NCBI GenBank assembly: GCA_965221695.1
Contig: OZ244905.1
Coordinates: 2,112,001 to 2,176,000 of the forward strand
Length of the DNA: 64,000 bases
Reading direction: 5' to 3'
Source: Gammaproteobacteria bacterium
GTDB lineage: Bacteria > Pseudomonadota > Gammaproteobacteria > Eutrophobiales > Eutrophobiaceae
The notes under the pieces are model-generated. The model made no database searches. It saw only the letters and a list, made by a program, of their open reading frames with translations, and was not told the DNA's origin. Position 1 is the first letter of the stretch. Each line of letters starts with the position of its first letter. Both the position numbers and the translations under genes were made by a program. Below are positions 8,657 through 20,000 of the stretch, in pieces.

Positions 8657-11600
8657 ATGACCGCCCAACACCAATCCTCCATCAGCTTCACATCCACCGA
8701 TGATGATTCGCAACCGGTAACCCCCGGCTTGCCGGCCAGCCGGGTTCACGCCGAGCTGCGCCGGTTGGCCGACAGCCATCACGCGCAGGGGAAACAGTTC
8801 GAGCGTGTGATGGTCCGTTATTTCCAGCAGTCGGTGCTGTACCGGGATAAACTCAAGAGCGTGCAGTTGTGGGACGAGTGGGCAGGCGCACACGGGATAG
8901 ACGGGCGCGATGTCGGCATCGATCTGGTGGCCCAGACCCATGACGGGGAGTACTGGGCCATACAATGCAAGTGTTACGCGAACACGCACACCCTGCAAAA
9001 ACGCGATATTGACTCCTTTCTCTCAGCTACCGGCAAGGAGTGGGGGGATAAGAATATCCCGTTCTCACAGGTGCTGGTGGTCTCCTCCACGGCGAACTGG
9101 TCGGTACATGCAGAGCGGGCCATTGAGAATCGCAAGCCGCCCTGTCATCGTCTGGACTTGGCTGAGCTGAGCGACGATGCGGGCACGGACTGGTCGGCGC
9201 TGCTGCCGGATTTGGAACTTGAAAAGGCCACGCCGCGCCAGTTACGCCCCCATCAAAGGACATCGGTGGACGATGTCACAGCAGGTTTCACCACAGCCGA
9301 CCGGGGCCAACTCATTATGGCCTGCGGCACTGGCAAGACCTACACGTCTCTTAAGATCGCTGAACGCCAGGCCGGCGCTGGCGGCCGTATATTGTTCCTG
9401 GTGCCTTCGCTGTCGTTGCTCTCACAATCCCTGCGCGAGTGGGCGGCTCATCACGAATGGGCCGGGCTCCGCACCTTTGCCGTGTGCTCGGACAGCAAGG
9501 TCGGACGCAACAATGAAGATATCAATGCTTACGACCTGGCCATCCCACCCACTACGGACGGGCGCAAACTGGCGGACGGTCTGCAAAGCGACCTGCCGGA
9601 CGGACACGCGCAACTGGTGTTTGCGACCTACCAGTCCATCGGGGTGGTGCATGAGGCTCAGCAGCAAGGCGCGTTGCCCTTTGATCTCGTGATCTGCGAT
9701 GAGGCCCACCGCACCACCGGCGTGGACCTCAAGGGCGAGGAAGCCTCTTACTTCACTCGAGTGCACGACGGCGATTACCTCAAAGCACACAAGCGTCTGT
9801 ACATGACCGCGACCCCACGCATCTACAAGGACAGCGCCAAGCAACGCGCCAGGGAGAAAGACCAGGTCGCGGAGATCTACTCCATGGACGATACGGACAA
9901 ATACGGCGATACCCTCCACCGGCTGGATTTTTCAGAGGCGGTAGCCAAGGACCTCTTGAGCGACTACAAGGTGCTGGTGTTGATGGTGAACCAGGATCAC
10001 GCCGACGCCGCGCTGCAACCGCTGCTTGGCGGCAGCGCCAATATCAACCTGGACGATGCGTCGAAGATTGTCGGTTGCTGGAACGGCCTGTCGAAACGCA
10101 TAGCCGATGAAGAGGCGCTGCCGCAAACAGACACTGCGCCCATGCGCCGGGCGGTGGCCTTCTGTCAGACCATCAATATGTCCAAGGCCGTGGCGCAGAC
10201 TTTCTCAGGAATTGTGAATCAATACCGGGAAAGCTCCCCTGACGATGAGGAAGCGCTGGGGTGTACCGTCGAACATGTTGACGGCACCCAAAATGCGCTG
10301 AAACGGAACCAGGCGCTGGAATGGCTCAAGGACGAGCCAGGTGAGAACGAATGCCGGATACTAAGCAACGTGCGCTGCCTGTCCGAAGGCGTGGATGTCC
10401 CGGCGCTGGACGCAGTACTGTTTTTAAGCCCCCGCAACTCACAGGTGGATGTCGTTCAGGCCGTGGGGCGTGTCATGCGCAAGGCAGAGGGCAAGGAATA
10501 CGGTTACGTGATTCTGCCGGTCTGCGTCAAACAGGACAGCTCACCCGAGCAGGCATTGCAGGATGAAAAGAACTACAAGGTGGTCTGGCAGGTGTTGCAA
10601 GCCCTGCGCGCCCACGATGACCGGTTCAATGCCGAGATCAACAAGATTGAACTCAACAAGCGGCGGCAGGGACGCATCAATGTCGTCGGGATCGGCTTCG
10701 GCGGCGATGGGGATGGCGACGACAGAGAGCGCGGTGGCGGAGAGGAAGAGATCCGCGAACCGTTGCAACTCCCGATAAACCTTAAGGACCTGAAAGAAGC
10801 CCTGTACGCCAGGCTGGTCCTGAAATGCGGCGACCGCCGCTACTGGGAGAGCTGGGCTAAGGATGTGGCCGATATTGCCGGACGCAATATCACCCGTATC
10901 ACCACGCTAGTCGGGCAGAGTGATGCCGATTACCGTGAGATCTTCGAGGAGTTCATGACGGAGTTGCGCCAGAACATCAACCCTCAAGTATCAGAAGCGG
11001 ACGCCATCGAAATGCTCGCCCAGCACCTGATTACCCGCCCGGTATTCGATGCGCTGTTCGAGGGCTATTCATTCATCAAGAACAACCCGGTTTCAAAGAC
11101 CATGCAGGCGATGCTGGAATTGCTTGATGAGCAGAACCTTGAGACCGAAACCAGGAGCCTGCAGGGCTTCTACGACAGCGTGCGCCGGCGCGCCAGCGGC
11201 ATCGACAACGCCGAAGGCCGGCAGAAGGTCGTGATCGAACTCTACGAGAAATTCTTCAAAGAAGCCTTCCCTAAGATGGCCGATAGCCTGGGGATTGTCT
11301 ACACACCGGTTGAGATTGTGGATTTCATCCTGAAAAGCGTCAACGACCTGCTGGTGCAGGAATTCGGTGGTGAACACCTCTCATCAGAAAATGTGCATGT
11401 GCTGGACCCGTTTACCGGCACCGGCACTTTCATCACGAGACTGCTGGCCTCCGACCTGATCACGGATACAGCGCTGGCGCGCAAGTACCGGCAGGAACTG
11501 CATGCCAACGAGATTGTCCTGCTAGCCTATTACATCGCTGCGGTGAACATTGAGGAGACCTACCACGAACGCTTGCGGGAGAAACTCAGAAAGGATGAAA

Positions 11601-13621
11601 AAGAAACAGACATCGACTACGAATCATTTCCCGGGATCGTGCTGACCGACACGTTCCATATCAACGAGCAAGACGGCGACATGCTGAACCAGATATTTCC
11701 GATTAACTCCGAACGGGTGATGAAACAGAAGGACACGCCTATCCGGGTAGTGTTGGGCAACCCGCCATATTCGGCAGGACAGAGCAGTGCCAATGACAAC
11801 AACGCCAACCTGCGTTATCCCGGACTGGATAAGAGCATTGCAAGAAGTTATGCCGCGCATTCCACGGCCACCCTGAAAAACAGCTTGTACGACTCCTATA
11901 TCCGGGCCTTCCGCTGGGCGTCAGACCGCATCGGCGATGAGGGCATCATTGCTTACGTGAGCAACGGTGGCTGGCTCGACGGTAACGCCATGGATGGATT
12001 CCGCCGCTGTTTGGCAGAGGAGTTTAACCGAATCTACTGTTTCAACTTGAGAGGAAACCAGCGCACTTCCGGTGAGTTATCTCGCAGGGAAGGCGGCAAG
12101 ATATTTGGGTCAGGCAGCCGCGCCGGCATCACACTGACGTTCCTTGTCAAAAAGAAGGATGCCAAAGGCGAATGCCAGATCCGCTACTACGACATCGGCG
12201 ATTACCTTGACAGGAATCAGAAACTGGACACCATCAGGGACTTTGTAAGCATCGGAAACATGGAGGACCTCTGGGAAACGATAACACCGAACAAACACCA
12301 TGACTGGATTAACCAGCGCAGTGAGGTGTTTCTGGACTACCTTCCACTGGGCGTTAAGGAAAACAAACGCAACAAGCGAACAGTGGACAGTGTATTTACC
12401 CTGTATAGTCGAGGTGTTGCGACAAGCCGTGACGCTTGGGTGTACAACTTCTGCAAAGAAACACTTTCAAATAACATGCAAAAAACCATTTCGTTTTACA
12501 ACAGTGAGGTGGAGCGTTATCGGCTGGCATGTGAAGAAAAAAGGGAGAACGAGCGACCAGAGATAAAGGATTTTATCCATTATGACGCGACCACAATGAG
12601 TTGGGATAGGGAAATTAGAAATGATCTCAGACTCCTTAAAACTGGCCAATACCATGATTCTAAGATAAGAACTGGAATCTATAGGCCATTCACAAAACAA
12701 CAGTTTTATTTTGACGACCAGTTTAACAACATGGTTTGTCTTCAGCCAAAATTTTTCCCGACCCCTAACACACAAAACCTCGCCATCTGTGTCTCCGGCA
12801 TCGGCGCCAGCAAGGACTTTTCTGCGCTGATGGTGGATACCATGCCTGATTTGAATTGTCTTGATGCTGGCACGCAGTGTTTTCCCCGCTACCACTATCT
12901 CTCAGCCGACGAACAGGAAAAGCAAGCCTCGCTGGACATGGGTGAGACGAAACACCCCCGGGTAGACAACATCCCCCAGGAGACGGTGACCCGGTTCCAG
13001 GAGCAGTACCGGAACAGCGCCATTGATGCCGATGCCATCTTCTATTACGTCTACGGCCTGCTGCACAGCCCCGACTACAAGACCCGGTTTGCCGCGGATC
13101 TCAAGAAGATGTTGCCCCGAATCCCTCTCGTCGACAGCCCAGAAGACTTCCGGCGGTTTTCCGAGGCCGGCAGGGCGCTGGCCGACCTCCATGTCGGCTA
13201 TGAGAACATAGAGCGTTGGCCACTGACCATCCGGATTGACAAGAACCAACAGGAAAAAGATAACCAGCACACAGAGCAGGGTAGTCAGGATGATGAGACA
13301 CTGTACCAGGTGAAAAAGATGACCTTCGGCGGCAGCGCCCGGCCCCCTGACAAGACGACCATCCGCTATAACGACCACATTACCATCGAAGCGATCCCGC
13401 CAGATGCCTACAGGTATATCGTCAACGGCAAGAGCGCCATTGAATGGATCATGGAGCGCTACCAGGTCACACAACACAAGGAAAGCAAAATCATCAACGA
13501 CCCGAACAAATGGTCCGATGATCCCCGATACATCTTGGAACTACTCGGAAAAGTGGTGACCGTCAGCATGAAGACGGTAGAGATTATATCCGGACTGCCC
13601 GAACTGGAAAAAGCTACATAA
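8657..13621 (+). CDS. Type ISP restriction-modification enzyme (Mrr-like nuclease, SF2 helicase, adenine MTase, TRD; LlaGI/LlaBIII-like)
   Basis: GIDLV...AIQCK, MACGTGKT, DEAH, MTATP, DPFTGTG and GNPPY motifs; 1654 aa. Confidence 0.93.
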   Translation: MTAQHQSSISFTSTDDDSQPVTPGLPASRVHAELRRLADSHHAQGKQFERVMVRYFQQSVLYRDKLKSVQLWDEWAGAHGIDGRDVGIDLVAQTHDGEYWAIQCKCYANTHTLQKRDIDSFLSATGKEWGDKNIPFSQVLVVSSTANWSVHAERAIENRKPPCHRLDLAELSDDAGTDWSALLPDLELEKATPRQLRPHQRTSVDDVTAGFTTADRGQLIMACGTGKTYTSLKIAERQAGAGGRILFLVPSLSLLSQSLREWAAHHEWAGLRTFAVCSDSKVGRNNEDINAYDLAIPPTTDGRKLADGLQSDLPDGHAQLVFATYQSIGVVHEAQQQGALPFDLVICDEAHRTTGVDLKGEEASYFTRVHDGDYLKAHKRLYMTATPRIYKDSAKQRAREKDQVAEIYSMDDTDKYGDTLHRLDFSEAVAKDLLSDYKVLVLMVNQDHADAALQPLLGGSANINLDDASKIVGCWNGLSKRIADEEALPQTDTAPMRRAVAFCQTINMSKAVAQTFSGIVNQYRESSPDDEEALGCTVEHVDGTQNALKRNQALEWLKDEPGENECRILSNVRCLSEGVDVPALDAVLFLSPRNSQVDVVQAVGRVMRKAEGKEYGYVILPVCVKQDSSPEQALQDEKNYKVVWQVLQALRAHDDRFNAEINKIELNKRRQGRINVVGIGFGGDGDGDDRERGGGEEEIREPLQLPINLKDLKEALYARLVLKCGDRRYWESWAKDVADIAGRNITRITTLVGQSDADYREIFEEFMTELRQNINPQVSEADAIEMLAQHLITRPVFDALFEGYSFIKNNPVSKTMQAMLELLDEQNLETETRSLQGFYDSVRRRASGIDNAEGRQKVVIELYEKFFKEAFPKMADSLGIVYTPVEIVDFILKSVNDLLVQEFGGEHLSSENVHVLDPFTGTGTFITRLLASDLITDTALARKYRQELHANEIVLLAYYIAAVNIEETYHERLREKLRKDEKETDIDYESFPGIVLTDTFHINEQDGDMLNQIFPINSERVMKQKDTPIRVVLGNPPYSAGQSSANDNNANLRYPGLDKSIARSYAAHSTATLKNSLYDSYIRAFRWASDRIGDEGIIAYVSNGGWLDGNAMDGFRRCLAEEFNRIYCFNLRGNQRTSGELSRREGGKIFGSGSRAGITLTFLVKKKDAKGECQIRYYDIGDYLDRNQKLDTIRDFVSIGNMEDLWETITPNKHHDWINQRSEVFLDYLPLGVKENKRNKRTVDSVFTLYSRGVATSRDAWVYNFCKETLSNNMQKTISFYNSEVERYRLACEEKRENERPEIKDFIHYDATTMSWDREIRNDLRLLKTGQYHDSKIRTGIYRPFTKQQFYFDDQFNNMVCLQPKFFPTPNTQNLAICVSGIGASKDFSALMVDTMPDLNCLDAGTQCFPRYHYLSADEQEKQASLDMGETKHPRVDNIPQETVTRFQEQYRNSAIDADAIFYYVYGLLHSPDYKTRFAADLKKMLPRIPLVDSPEDFRRFSEAGRALADLHVGYENIERWPLTIRIDKNQQEKDNQHTEQGSQDDETLYQVKKMTFGGSARPPDKTTIRYNDHITIEAIPPDAYRYIVNGKSAIEWIMERYQVTQHKESKIINDPNKWSDDPRYILELLGKVVTVSMKTVEIISGLPELEKAT

Positions 13622-13624
13622 GAA

Positions 13625-14293
13625 ATGTCTGCTGTTACGAAACTGCTTATTCCGTATGAACAACACCGGGTTCTTCGTCCCTTAATCCAACTCATTCCCC
13701 TTGGGTTTGGCTCTGCTATTGACACCTTTATGATGCAAACACTGAGTAAAATCCGAGAGGAGCGTGTCAGCGAGTTTATTGATGAATTAGCCAAAGGGAA
13801 CCAGATAAATGACGAACAACTTCTGGAGTCTGAAGATTTTCTTCACTGTTACATCACAACTGTAGATCTAGCGCTTAAAACATATCAGCGTAAGAAAATT
13901 CGCATGTTTGCCAGTTTGCTAAAGAGTTCGCTAGGCGACTCCGGTCCGGCCGACATTGACGAATATGAATACTTTCTCAATATATTGGACAATCTGGGGT
14001 TCAAGGAAATTCAGGCTCTGACCATTCTCGACAGACTCGTTGATAGTTTTGGAGATGATACAGATAACCCTTATTGGGATAAAACCTTATGGGAGGGGTT
14101 TGAAAACAAGTTATATTTAGAACTGGGTATCCCACCAGAAAGGGCTGCTGATTTCATGAATGGAATAGTACGTACCGGGTGTTACGAAATATTTCCAGGC
14201 GCATCCATAAGACACACCAAGAGCCAAGGAAAGTTGACGCCAACTTTCAACCGCCTAAAGGAATTTGTGATAAAAAACGAGCCAGATGCCTAA
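13625..14293 (+). CDS. Hypothetical protein resembling Abi-alpha/DUF4393
   Basis: KKIRMFASLL...FLNILDNL...EIQAL and C-terminal wHTH-like GKLTPTF; starts 4 nt after the type ISP stop. Confidence 0.4.
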   Translation: MSAVTKLLIPYEQHRVLRPLIQLIPLGFGSAIDTFMMQTLSKIREERVSEFIDELAKGNQINDEQLLESEDFLHCYITTVDLALKTYQRKKIRMFASLLKSSLGDSGPADIDEYEYFLNILDNLGFKEIQALTILDRLVDSFGDDTDNPYWDKTLWEGFENKLYLELGIPPERAADFMNGIVRTGCYEIFPGASIRHTKSQGKLTPTFNRLKEFVIKNEPDA

Positions 14294-14352
14294 TATCACC
14301 TGGGAATTTCAGGGAGATTCGTCAGCGTGACTGATGTGTGTATCGTTTATCA

Positions 14353-14380
14353 TTGACATCTCTCCCTATAAGGTTATAAA
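14353..14380 (+). promoter_or_regulatory. Sigma70-like promoter directly before higA
   Basis: TTGACA (14353-14358), 16 nt spacer, TATAAA (14375-14380). Confidence 0.45.
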
Positions 14381-14382
14381 TC

Positions 14383-14643
14383 ATGACCATGAATGATACA
14401 CCTGTCACGCCTGGTGAAATTCTCCTGGAGGAATACCTGAAACCGATGGGAATTTCACAAAATGCAATGGCGCGCGCCATCGGTATGTCACCGCGTGCAA
14501 TCAATGAAATTGTTCGCGCCAAGCGTTTAATCACTTCTGAAGTGTCAATTCGTTTTGGTGTGTTCTTTGGACAATCAGACGAGTTTTGGCAGGGAATTCA
14601 GAGTGAGTGCGATTATCGCAAACTGGCAGAGAAGCAACAATAG
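14383..14643 (+). CDS. higA: HigA-family antitoxin (orphan)
   Basis: [25 protein letters not shown]...FWQGIQ; no higB-like ORF adjacent. Confidence 0.85.
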   Translation: MTMNDTPVTPGEILLEEYLKPMGISQNAMARAIGMSPRAINEIVRAKRLITSEVSIRFGVFFGQSDEFWQGIQSECDYRKLAEKQQ

Positions 14644-14856
14644 CTTACAGCCGGCATAAGTTCGGCTTCATCGCTTCAACAGGGAGCCTGATAAAACGCT
14701 TGAATTGTGGAAGTTCAGGTTTGATCCTACAGTTCCCGGATTGATGGTGTAAATTGATCTGCTCCACGAATACCACCCGAGTTCCAATAAAGTGATCGAT
14801 AGTCAGGAACAGTGATTTTGCCGAATTTGTAGACCTTGTGTTAGGTTCAAGAAACT

Positions 14857-15801
14857 ATGCCAGTGCATGATCTATATTCTTATCGTAAGCGTATCACTAA
14901 TGGTGATTTAACGGACGTATATGATTACGATGAGCTTCCCCTAGAGCTTCGTATTCAGATAGATTATATCTGGCGTGATGCAATTGGTCAGTTTAATAAA
15001 TTTACAGGACGAGAAAAGGTTCGTATTATCCAAAATAACGAAGCTTGGACATACATCCATAATGCTGTAGCTAGAGAACATGGCGTTTTCTCTTTGGATT
15101 ACCATGGCAATGAGTATGAACGTTGTAAAAACTTCCTGATTAAATCAGATACTGTAGATAAAGTACTGGATCTCATAGAACTCAGTTTCCGATACATTGA
15201 CAGGAAAGCACGGAAATTTTCTAGCCAAGATCGCAAACTTCGTGGAATTAGTCTAATTGCAAGCGAGGCAATCGCAGAACTGAATGAGCGTTTTCTCCGC
15301 AACAGTGTGGGATACAGATTTGAGAATGGGATGATTTTCCGCTTTGATTCTGATCTGATACACACAGAAGTTGTTATACCAGCGCTTCAATTCCTCCAAC
15401 AGCCTGGCTTTGAGGGGCCTCGTGATGAATTTCTACAGGCACATCGTCACTACCGCTCTGGCGATATGAAAGCCGCTATTGTCGATGCGAATAACGCATT
15501 TGAGAGCACTCTAAAATCGATATGCAAACAAAGAAATTGGCAATATGAACAAGGGGCTCGTGCTTCGGATCTTGTAAACCTGGTTCGAGAAAAAGGTCTT
15601 CTGCCGAACTATCTTAGCAAATCGTTTGAACAGCTAGCCGCTATATTGAAGTCTGGTCTCCCCAAAGTAAGAAACGAGGAAGGAGCACACGGGCAAGGTG
15701 CAACACCAAGCGAAACACCATATTATGTGGCAGCATATGCGCTTCATCTGGCCGCGGCGAAGATCCTGTTTCTTGCTGAGTCACATAAGACAATGGGTTG
15801 A
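14857..15801 (+). CDS. AbiJ-like protein (N-terminal domain plus HEPN/Abi_C)
   Basis: ELNERF...GYRF, AFESTLKSI and RNEEGAHGQG (R-x5-H) motifs. Confidence 0.75.
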   Translation: MPVHDLYSYRKRITNGDLTDVYDYDELPLELRIQIDYIWRDAIGQFNKFTGREKVRIIQNNEAWTYIHNAVAREHGVFSLDYHGNEYERCKNFLIKSDTVDKVLDLIELSFRYIDRKARKFSSQDRKLRGISLIASEAIAELNERFLRNSVGYRFENGMIFRFDSDLIHTEVVIPALQFLQQPGFEGPRDEFLQAHRHYRSGDMKAAIVDANNAFESTLKSICKQRNWQYEQGARASDLVNLVREKGLLPNYLSKSFEQLAAILKSGLPKVRNEEGAHGQGATPSETPYYVAAYALHLAAAKILFLAESHKTMG

Positions 15802-15837
15802 TTAAGTCTCAAGTTGAATGTCTTCTCTTGTAACGCG

Positions 15838-15910
15838 TGCGCAATCCGGCGAATGTGAACACTGATTGCGGTTGAACGTGAACAGTTGTTCCGGTTCATC
15901 GTAAACACCT
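15838..15910 (+). mobile_element. Orphan IS21-like terminal fragment
   Basis: TGCGCAATCCGG start, then GTGAACA/GTGAACA/GTAAACA at a 23-bp period (15855, 15878, 15901); no transposase nearby. Confidence 0.5.
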
Positions 15911-16238
15911 GTTAGCGCAACGCATGTGAATGTCTATACCTCCACTTGATCTGCAGCAGTGATTCGTTGAAATAGTCGAATCTGCACGCGCCATATCAAG
16001 GTGGAGATGCGCGACTCACATTTGGCAGATACATTAACTGCATCGCTCTATTCCCTTTTTATTGAAGGAAGTGCATAATCGATATCTCTGATGGAAACCG
16101 ATGGACTGACAGCATGGTTTCGCGAGAAGGATACTAATCCTAACCGACCATCCGTTGCGGCGAATCAGTTTTTCATAATTCTTGTGAACACACGATTAGG
16201 TTGATCATTGAGATCAATCGGTTAAAGGGAGGATGTAG

Positions 16239-17036
16239 GTGACAGTTAGCACAGGAGAGATCGTCTACGAAATCGGTCATGCCCCCTGTTCAGGGGTCGG
16301 GCTACAATGGTCGGACGACGAGTTGAGTACAGCACTGAATGATCGGGTTGCGGCTTTGCTATTCGATGACGAAGGCATGGCAAACATTGAGGAGATTCTT
16401 GCGCCCATAGCGGACACGGATTTTGCCCGGGATGGGCTTCGCCGCGTACTGGATGGTCCTAGCGAGATCGAAGACTGGAAAGTGGGCGAAGCGATTGCGG
16501 AGACTTATTTGACAGGCCATCGCAACTGTAGCTTCCCATGGCCGGACGGACGTGACGAGAGAAAGGGAGGGTCCAGTCTGCCAGGCGCGGACCTGGTCGG
16601 ATTCGGGATCGACAACAAAGGCGATTGTCTGGCGTTCGGCGAAGTCAAGACCTCAAGCGAACATAGATACCCACCAGGAGCCATGTACGGGCGCACAGGC
16701 ATGAAACGGCAACTCGAAGATCTGCGCGATAATGAAAATATCCGTGACGATCTCGTGAAATATCTTAGTCACAGGGCGGGAACGGCGCATTGGCAAGCGC
16801 GTTTCAAGCGAGCGGCGAGAAGGTATCTCCACAATACATCCGATGTTCAACTTTACGGTTTTCTCGTTCGCGATGTGAAGCCCCATCAAAGTGATTTGCG
16901 GGCACGGGTCGATGCCCTTGGCACCAGATGTCCTGACACAACGCACATTGAGTTGCTCGCGCTTTACCTGCCGAAAGAAAGTCTGGAAAATATCGGAGAG
17001 AAGATGGTTGCACAGCGGGTGAGGGGGATACGATGA
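16239..17036 (+). CDS. Hachiman HamA-like PD-(D/E)XK nuclease
   Basis: VGEAIAE...GADLVG...FGEVK; ATGA overlap with the helicase gene. Confidence 0.7.
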   Translation: MTVSTGEIVYEIGHAPCSGVGLQWSDDELSTALNDRVAALLFDDEGMANIEEILAPIADTDFARDGLRRVLDGPSEIEDWKVGEAIAETYLTGHRNCSFPWPDGRDERKGGSSLPGADLVGFGIDNKGDCLAFGEVKTSSEHRYPPGAMYGRTGMKRQLEDLRDNENIRDDLVKYLSHRAGTAHWQARFKRAARRYLHNTSDVQLYGFLVRDVKPHQSDLRARVDALGTRCPDTTHIELLALYLPKESLENIGEKMVAQRVRGIR

Positions 17037-20000
17037 GCCTTTCCAGTGGAGCATTTGAGTCGTTGAACGAACACTGGGCGATTGACGCCATCGGTTCGGA
17101 TGAGATCTTGCGCACGGATGCTCTCGTTCGCGAGCGTCTGGCACAGCGAGCGGTCGGCAGACAGATCAGCTTCTCGTTCACTGAGAACCAGGAAGATGAA
17201 GCAGTTCTGGAACGTGTCGCACTTGCTTATGAGTTGGCTGCCATCGAGGGTATTGATGAGCTGAGCCGTCCGGCTGGAGAGAACCAGCGTATTCGAGACC
17301 AAGCTGTGGCAGCTTCGTTCCGCGCTTTCGATATTCGCCGACTTCATCCCGTCCCGATGGAGACCCATGAGCGCCTGTTCTTTGTACTTCATCTTTCTGC
17401 CCTTGCTTATTGTGGGGATCGCTGGTCCGACTTGCGGCGCTGGTACAGAGATAATGGGCAATCGTTAAGCGCGCCGAGCGTTGCTGATACGGATTGGGAC
17501 CAGAGACTGCTCTACAGGCTGTTCGACTGCTGGGTGCGCTTGTTTCGCAAGGATGGTTGGGACGATCTTGATCAAATTCGCGAGATCATCGCCGGCTTGC
17601 GTAACGACCAGAAAATTTACGAAGAACGCCGTCTGAGCAACGGTTCTGAGGCGGTGGATAGAGCGATCGCCTTTCGCCTTGCGGCGCTTTACCATTGGGC
17701 CAAAGCTACTGAGACGCTCGCGGCATATATGTTACAAGGAGATAATGGCGATCCCTTCGGCATTCTGGACAAGCACTTCGAAGCGGGGATCAAGGCAGCG
17801 GCTGCGTCGAGGGATGCGCAACATGAGATGACGCTTCGGTGGCTGCACGCCACCGCGCGCATCATGGTAACGAATTCACTCTGGTGGGCGACGCGCGCGG
17901 TCAATTCACAGACTTCTGACTTTGTGCGCTATATCACTCACCGTGAGCGTCAACCGATGTTCGAGCTATTGCCACCACAACGGGTGGCGCTGGTTGAACA
18001 GGGGTTGCTCGATCAGGCAAAAACAGCAATCGTTATTGACATACCGACCTCCGGTGGGAAAACGCTGCTCGCGCAGTTCCGCATACTTCAAGCATTGAAT
18101 CAGTTTCAGGCTGAACAAGGCTGGGTGGTTTACGTTACACCAACTCGAGCGCTGTCAGCGCAAATCACGAGACGCTTGCGAATGGACTTTGAGCCAATCG
18201 GGTTGCGTGTCGAGCAGTTAACCGCAGCGGTCGAGGTGGACGCTTTTGAGGAAGAACTGCTCACCAACCAGAAACAGCCTTTTGATATTCTTGTCGCGAC
18301 GCCTGAGAAGTTGTCGTTGGTAATCCGAAACAAGAAGGTGGGCCGCCCACTTGCCCTGGTGGTAATGGACGAAGCTCACAATTTAGAAACTGAAAGCCGC
18401 GGGCTACGGATTGAGTTGCTTCTGGCAACGGTAAAGCGTGACTGCCCACAGGCAAATTTTCTCTTACTGATGCCTTATGTCGAGGGATCGGAGTCAGTCG
18501 CTCGCTGGCTGGCGCATGATATCAATGCGGGGCGTGCAATCAGTTTGGGTACCGTTCCGTGGAAACCCAATGAGCGGATTATTGGTCTGTACCGTGCGGT
18601 AGCTGATGATAGCGAACGCGCCGGTTGGCGGCTTGATTTCGAGACCCTGACCGCGACCGAGAAGGCCATGCCGCTTCATGGTACCCATAGAGTGGGAGGC
18701 GTGAAACCTCTCAAGGTGCCAAAGAGCCAGGTTCTCATAAAAGGCACGCAGACAGGATTTGGTTTACAGACGGCAGCGATCGGCGCAGTCATGTCAGCGC
18801 GGGGCACAAGCATCACAGTGGCCAATACTATTCCCACCGTATGGAAAATGGCAGAGGAAGCGGCGCGTAGTCTGCCCGATCTGGACGAAACGCCGGCAGA
18901 CATCCGGTTGGCCCAAGACTTTCTGCGCACGGAGATAAGCGCAGACTTCAAGTTGGTCGGTTTACTCGATAAGGGCGTGGGAGTCCATCACGCTGGACTA
19001 TCTGATGATATCCGGGCACTGATGGAATGGCTTGCGGAAACGGGTAGTCTTCGGATGTTGTGCGCGACATCAACCATCGCGCAAGGGATCAATTTCCCGG
19101 TTTCCTCCGTCTTTCTCTCATCGCGGTTTGTGCCCCAGGGACCGATGTCGGTAGAGGTTTCGCCTAGGGAGTTCTGGAATCTCGCGGGACGCGCAGGCCG
19201 TATCGACCACGATAGTGTCGGCGTGGTCGGTCTTTCTGAAGGGAAGGATCGCGATGCATTAATCGAATTCGTAAGTCGGAACACCGGCGCGCTCGTGTCC
19301 CGTCTCGTGGTGCTGCTGGACAGGCTCGCGGAACAAAAGGGCTTGGCGGGGTTATCGGATATTCTTTGGCAGGATCAGTGGGAGGACTTTCGTTGTTACA
19401 TCGCCCATCTGTGGGCAGAGAAGAAGAACCTAGATGAGGTGCTCGCGGACTCCGAGCAGCTTCTAAGGCAGACCTACGGATACACGTCCATGCGTAACGA
19501 TCCGGCGCAAAGACAAAAGGCGGAAGCATTGCTGGATGCGACGCAAAACTACGCGCGCAAGCTCGCAGAGATTCCCGAGGGCACAGTCGAGCTTGCGGAC
19601 TTGACGGGTTTCTCGCCTGAAGGTGTGCAGGCTGCGTTGGGGGGGATCAACAACCTCGAACGCAAGCTCACCGCTTCCGACTGGGTGCCGGAGAGCCTAT
19701 TCGGCAACGGTGGTAGATTGGCTGATTTGTTCGGTGTTATGTTGAAGGTGCCGCAACTCAAGCAGGATTTGGATAAACTGGCTGGAAAGGGAGTAGACCA
19801 AATCCGCATTTCTGAGATCACAAACGACTGGGTCAATGGAAAAGGACTGGAAGAAATCGCGAGGAAGTATTTCTCGCGTGAGAATAATGACGAGTCTGGG
19901 TTGGACGCTTTGACGGATGCTTGCAGAGCAATCTATCGCACTATCGTCAACAACGGCACATGGGGCGTTTCGGCACTGAGCCAGGTATCGGGGCTCGATT

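Noticed and set aside
14700-14790. Possible IS3-like end remnants (TGATCCTAC, TGATCTGCTCC)
   Set aside because: Too short, with no partner IR or target duplication.
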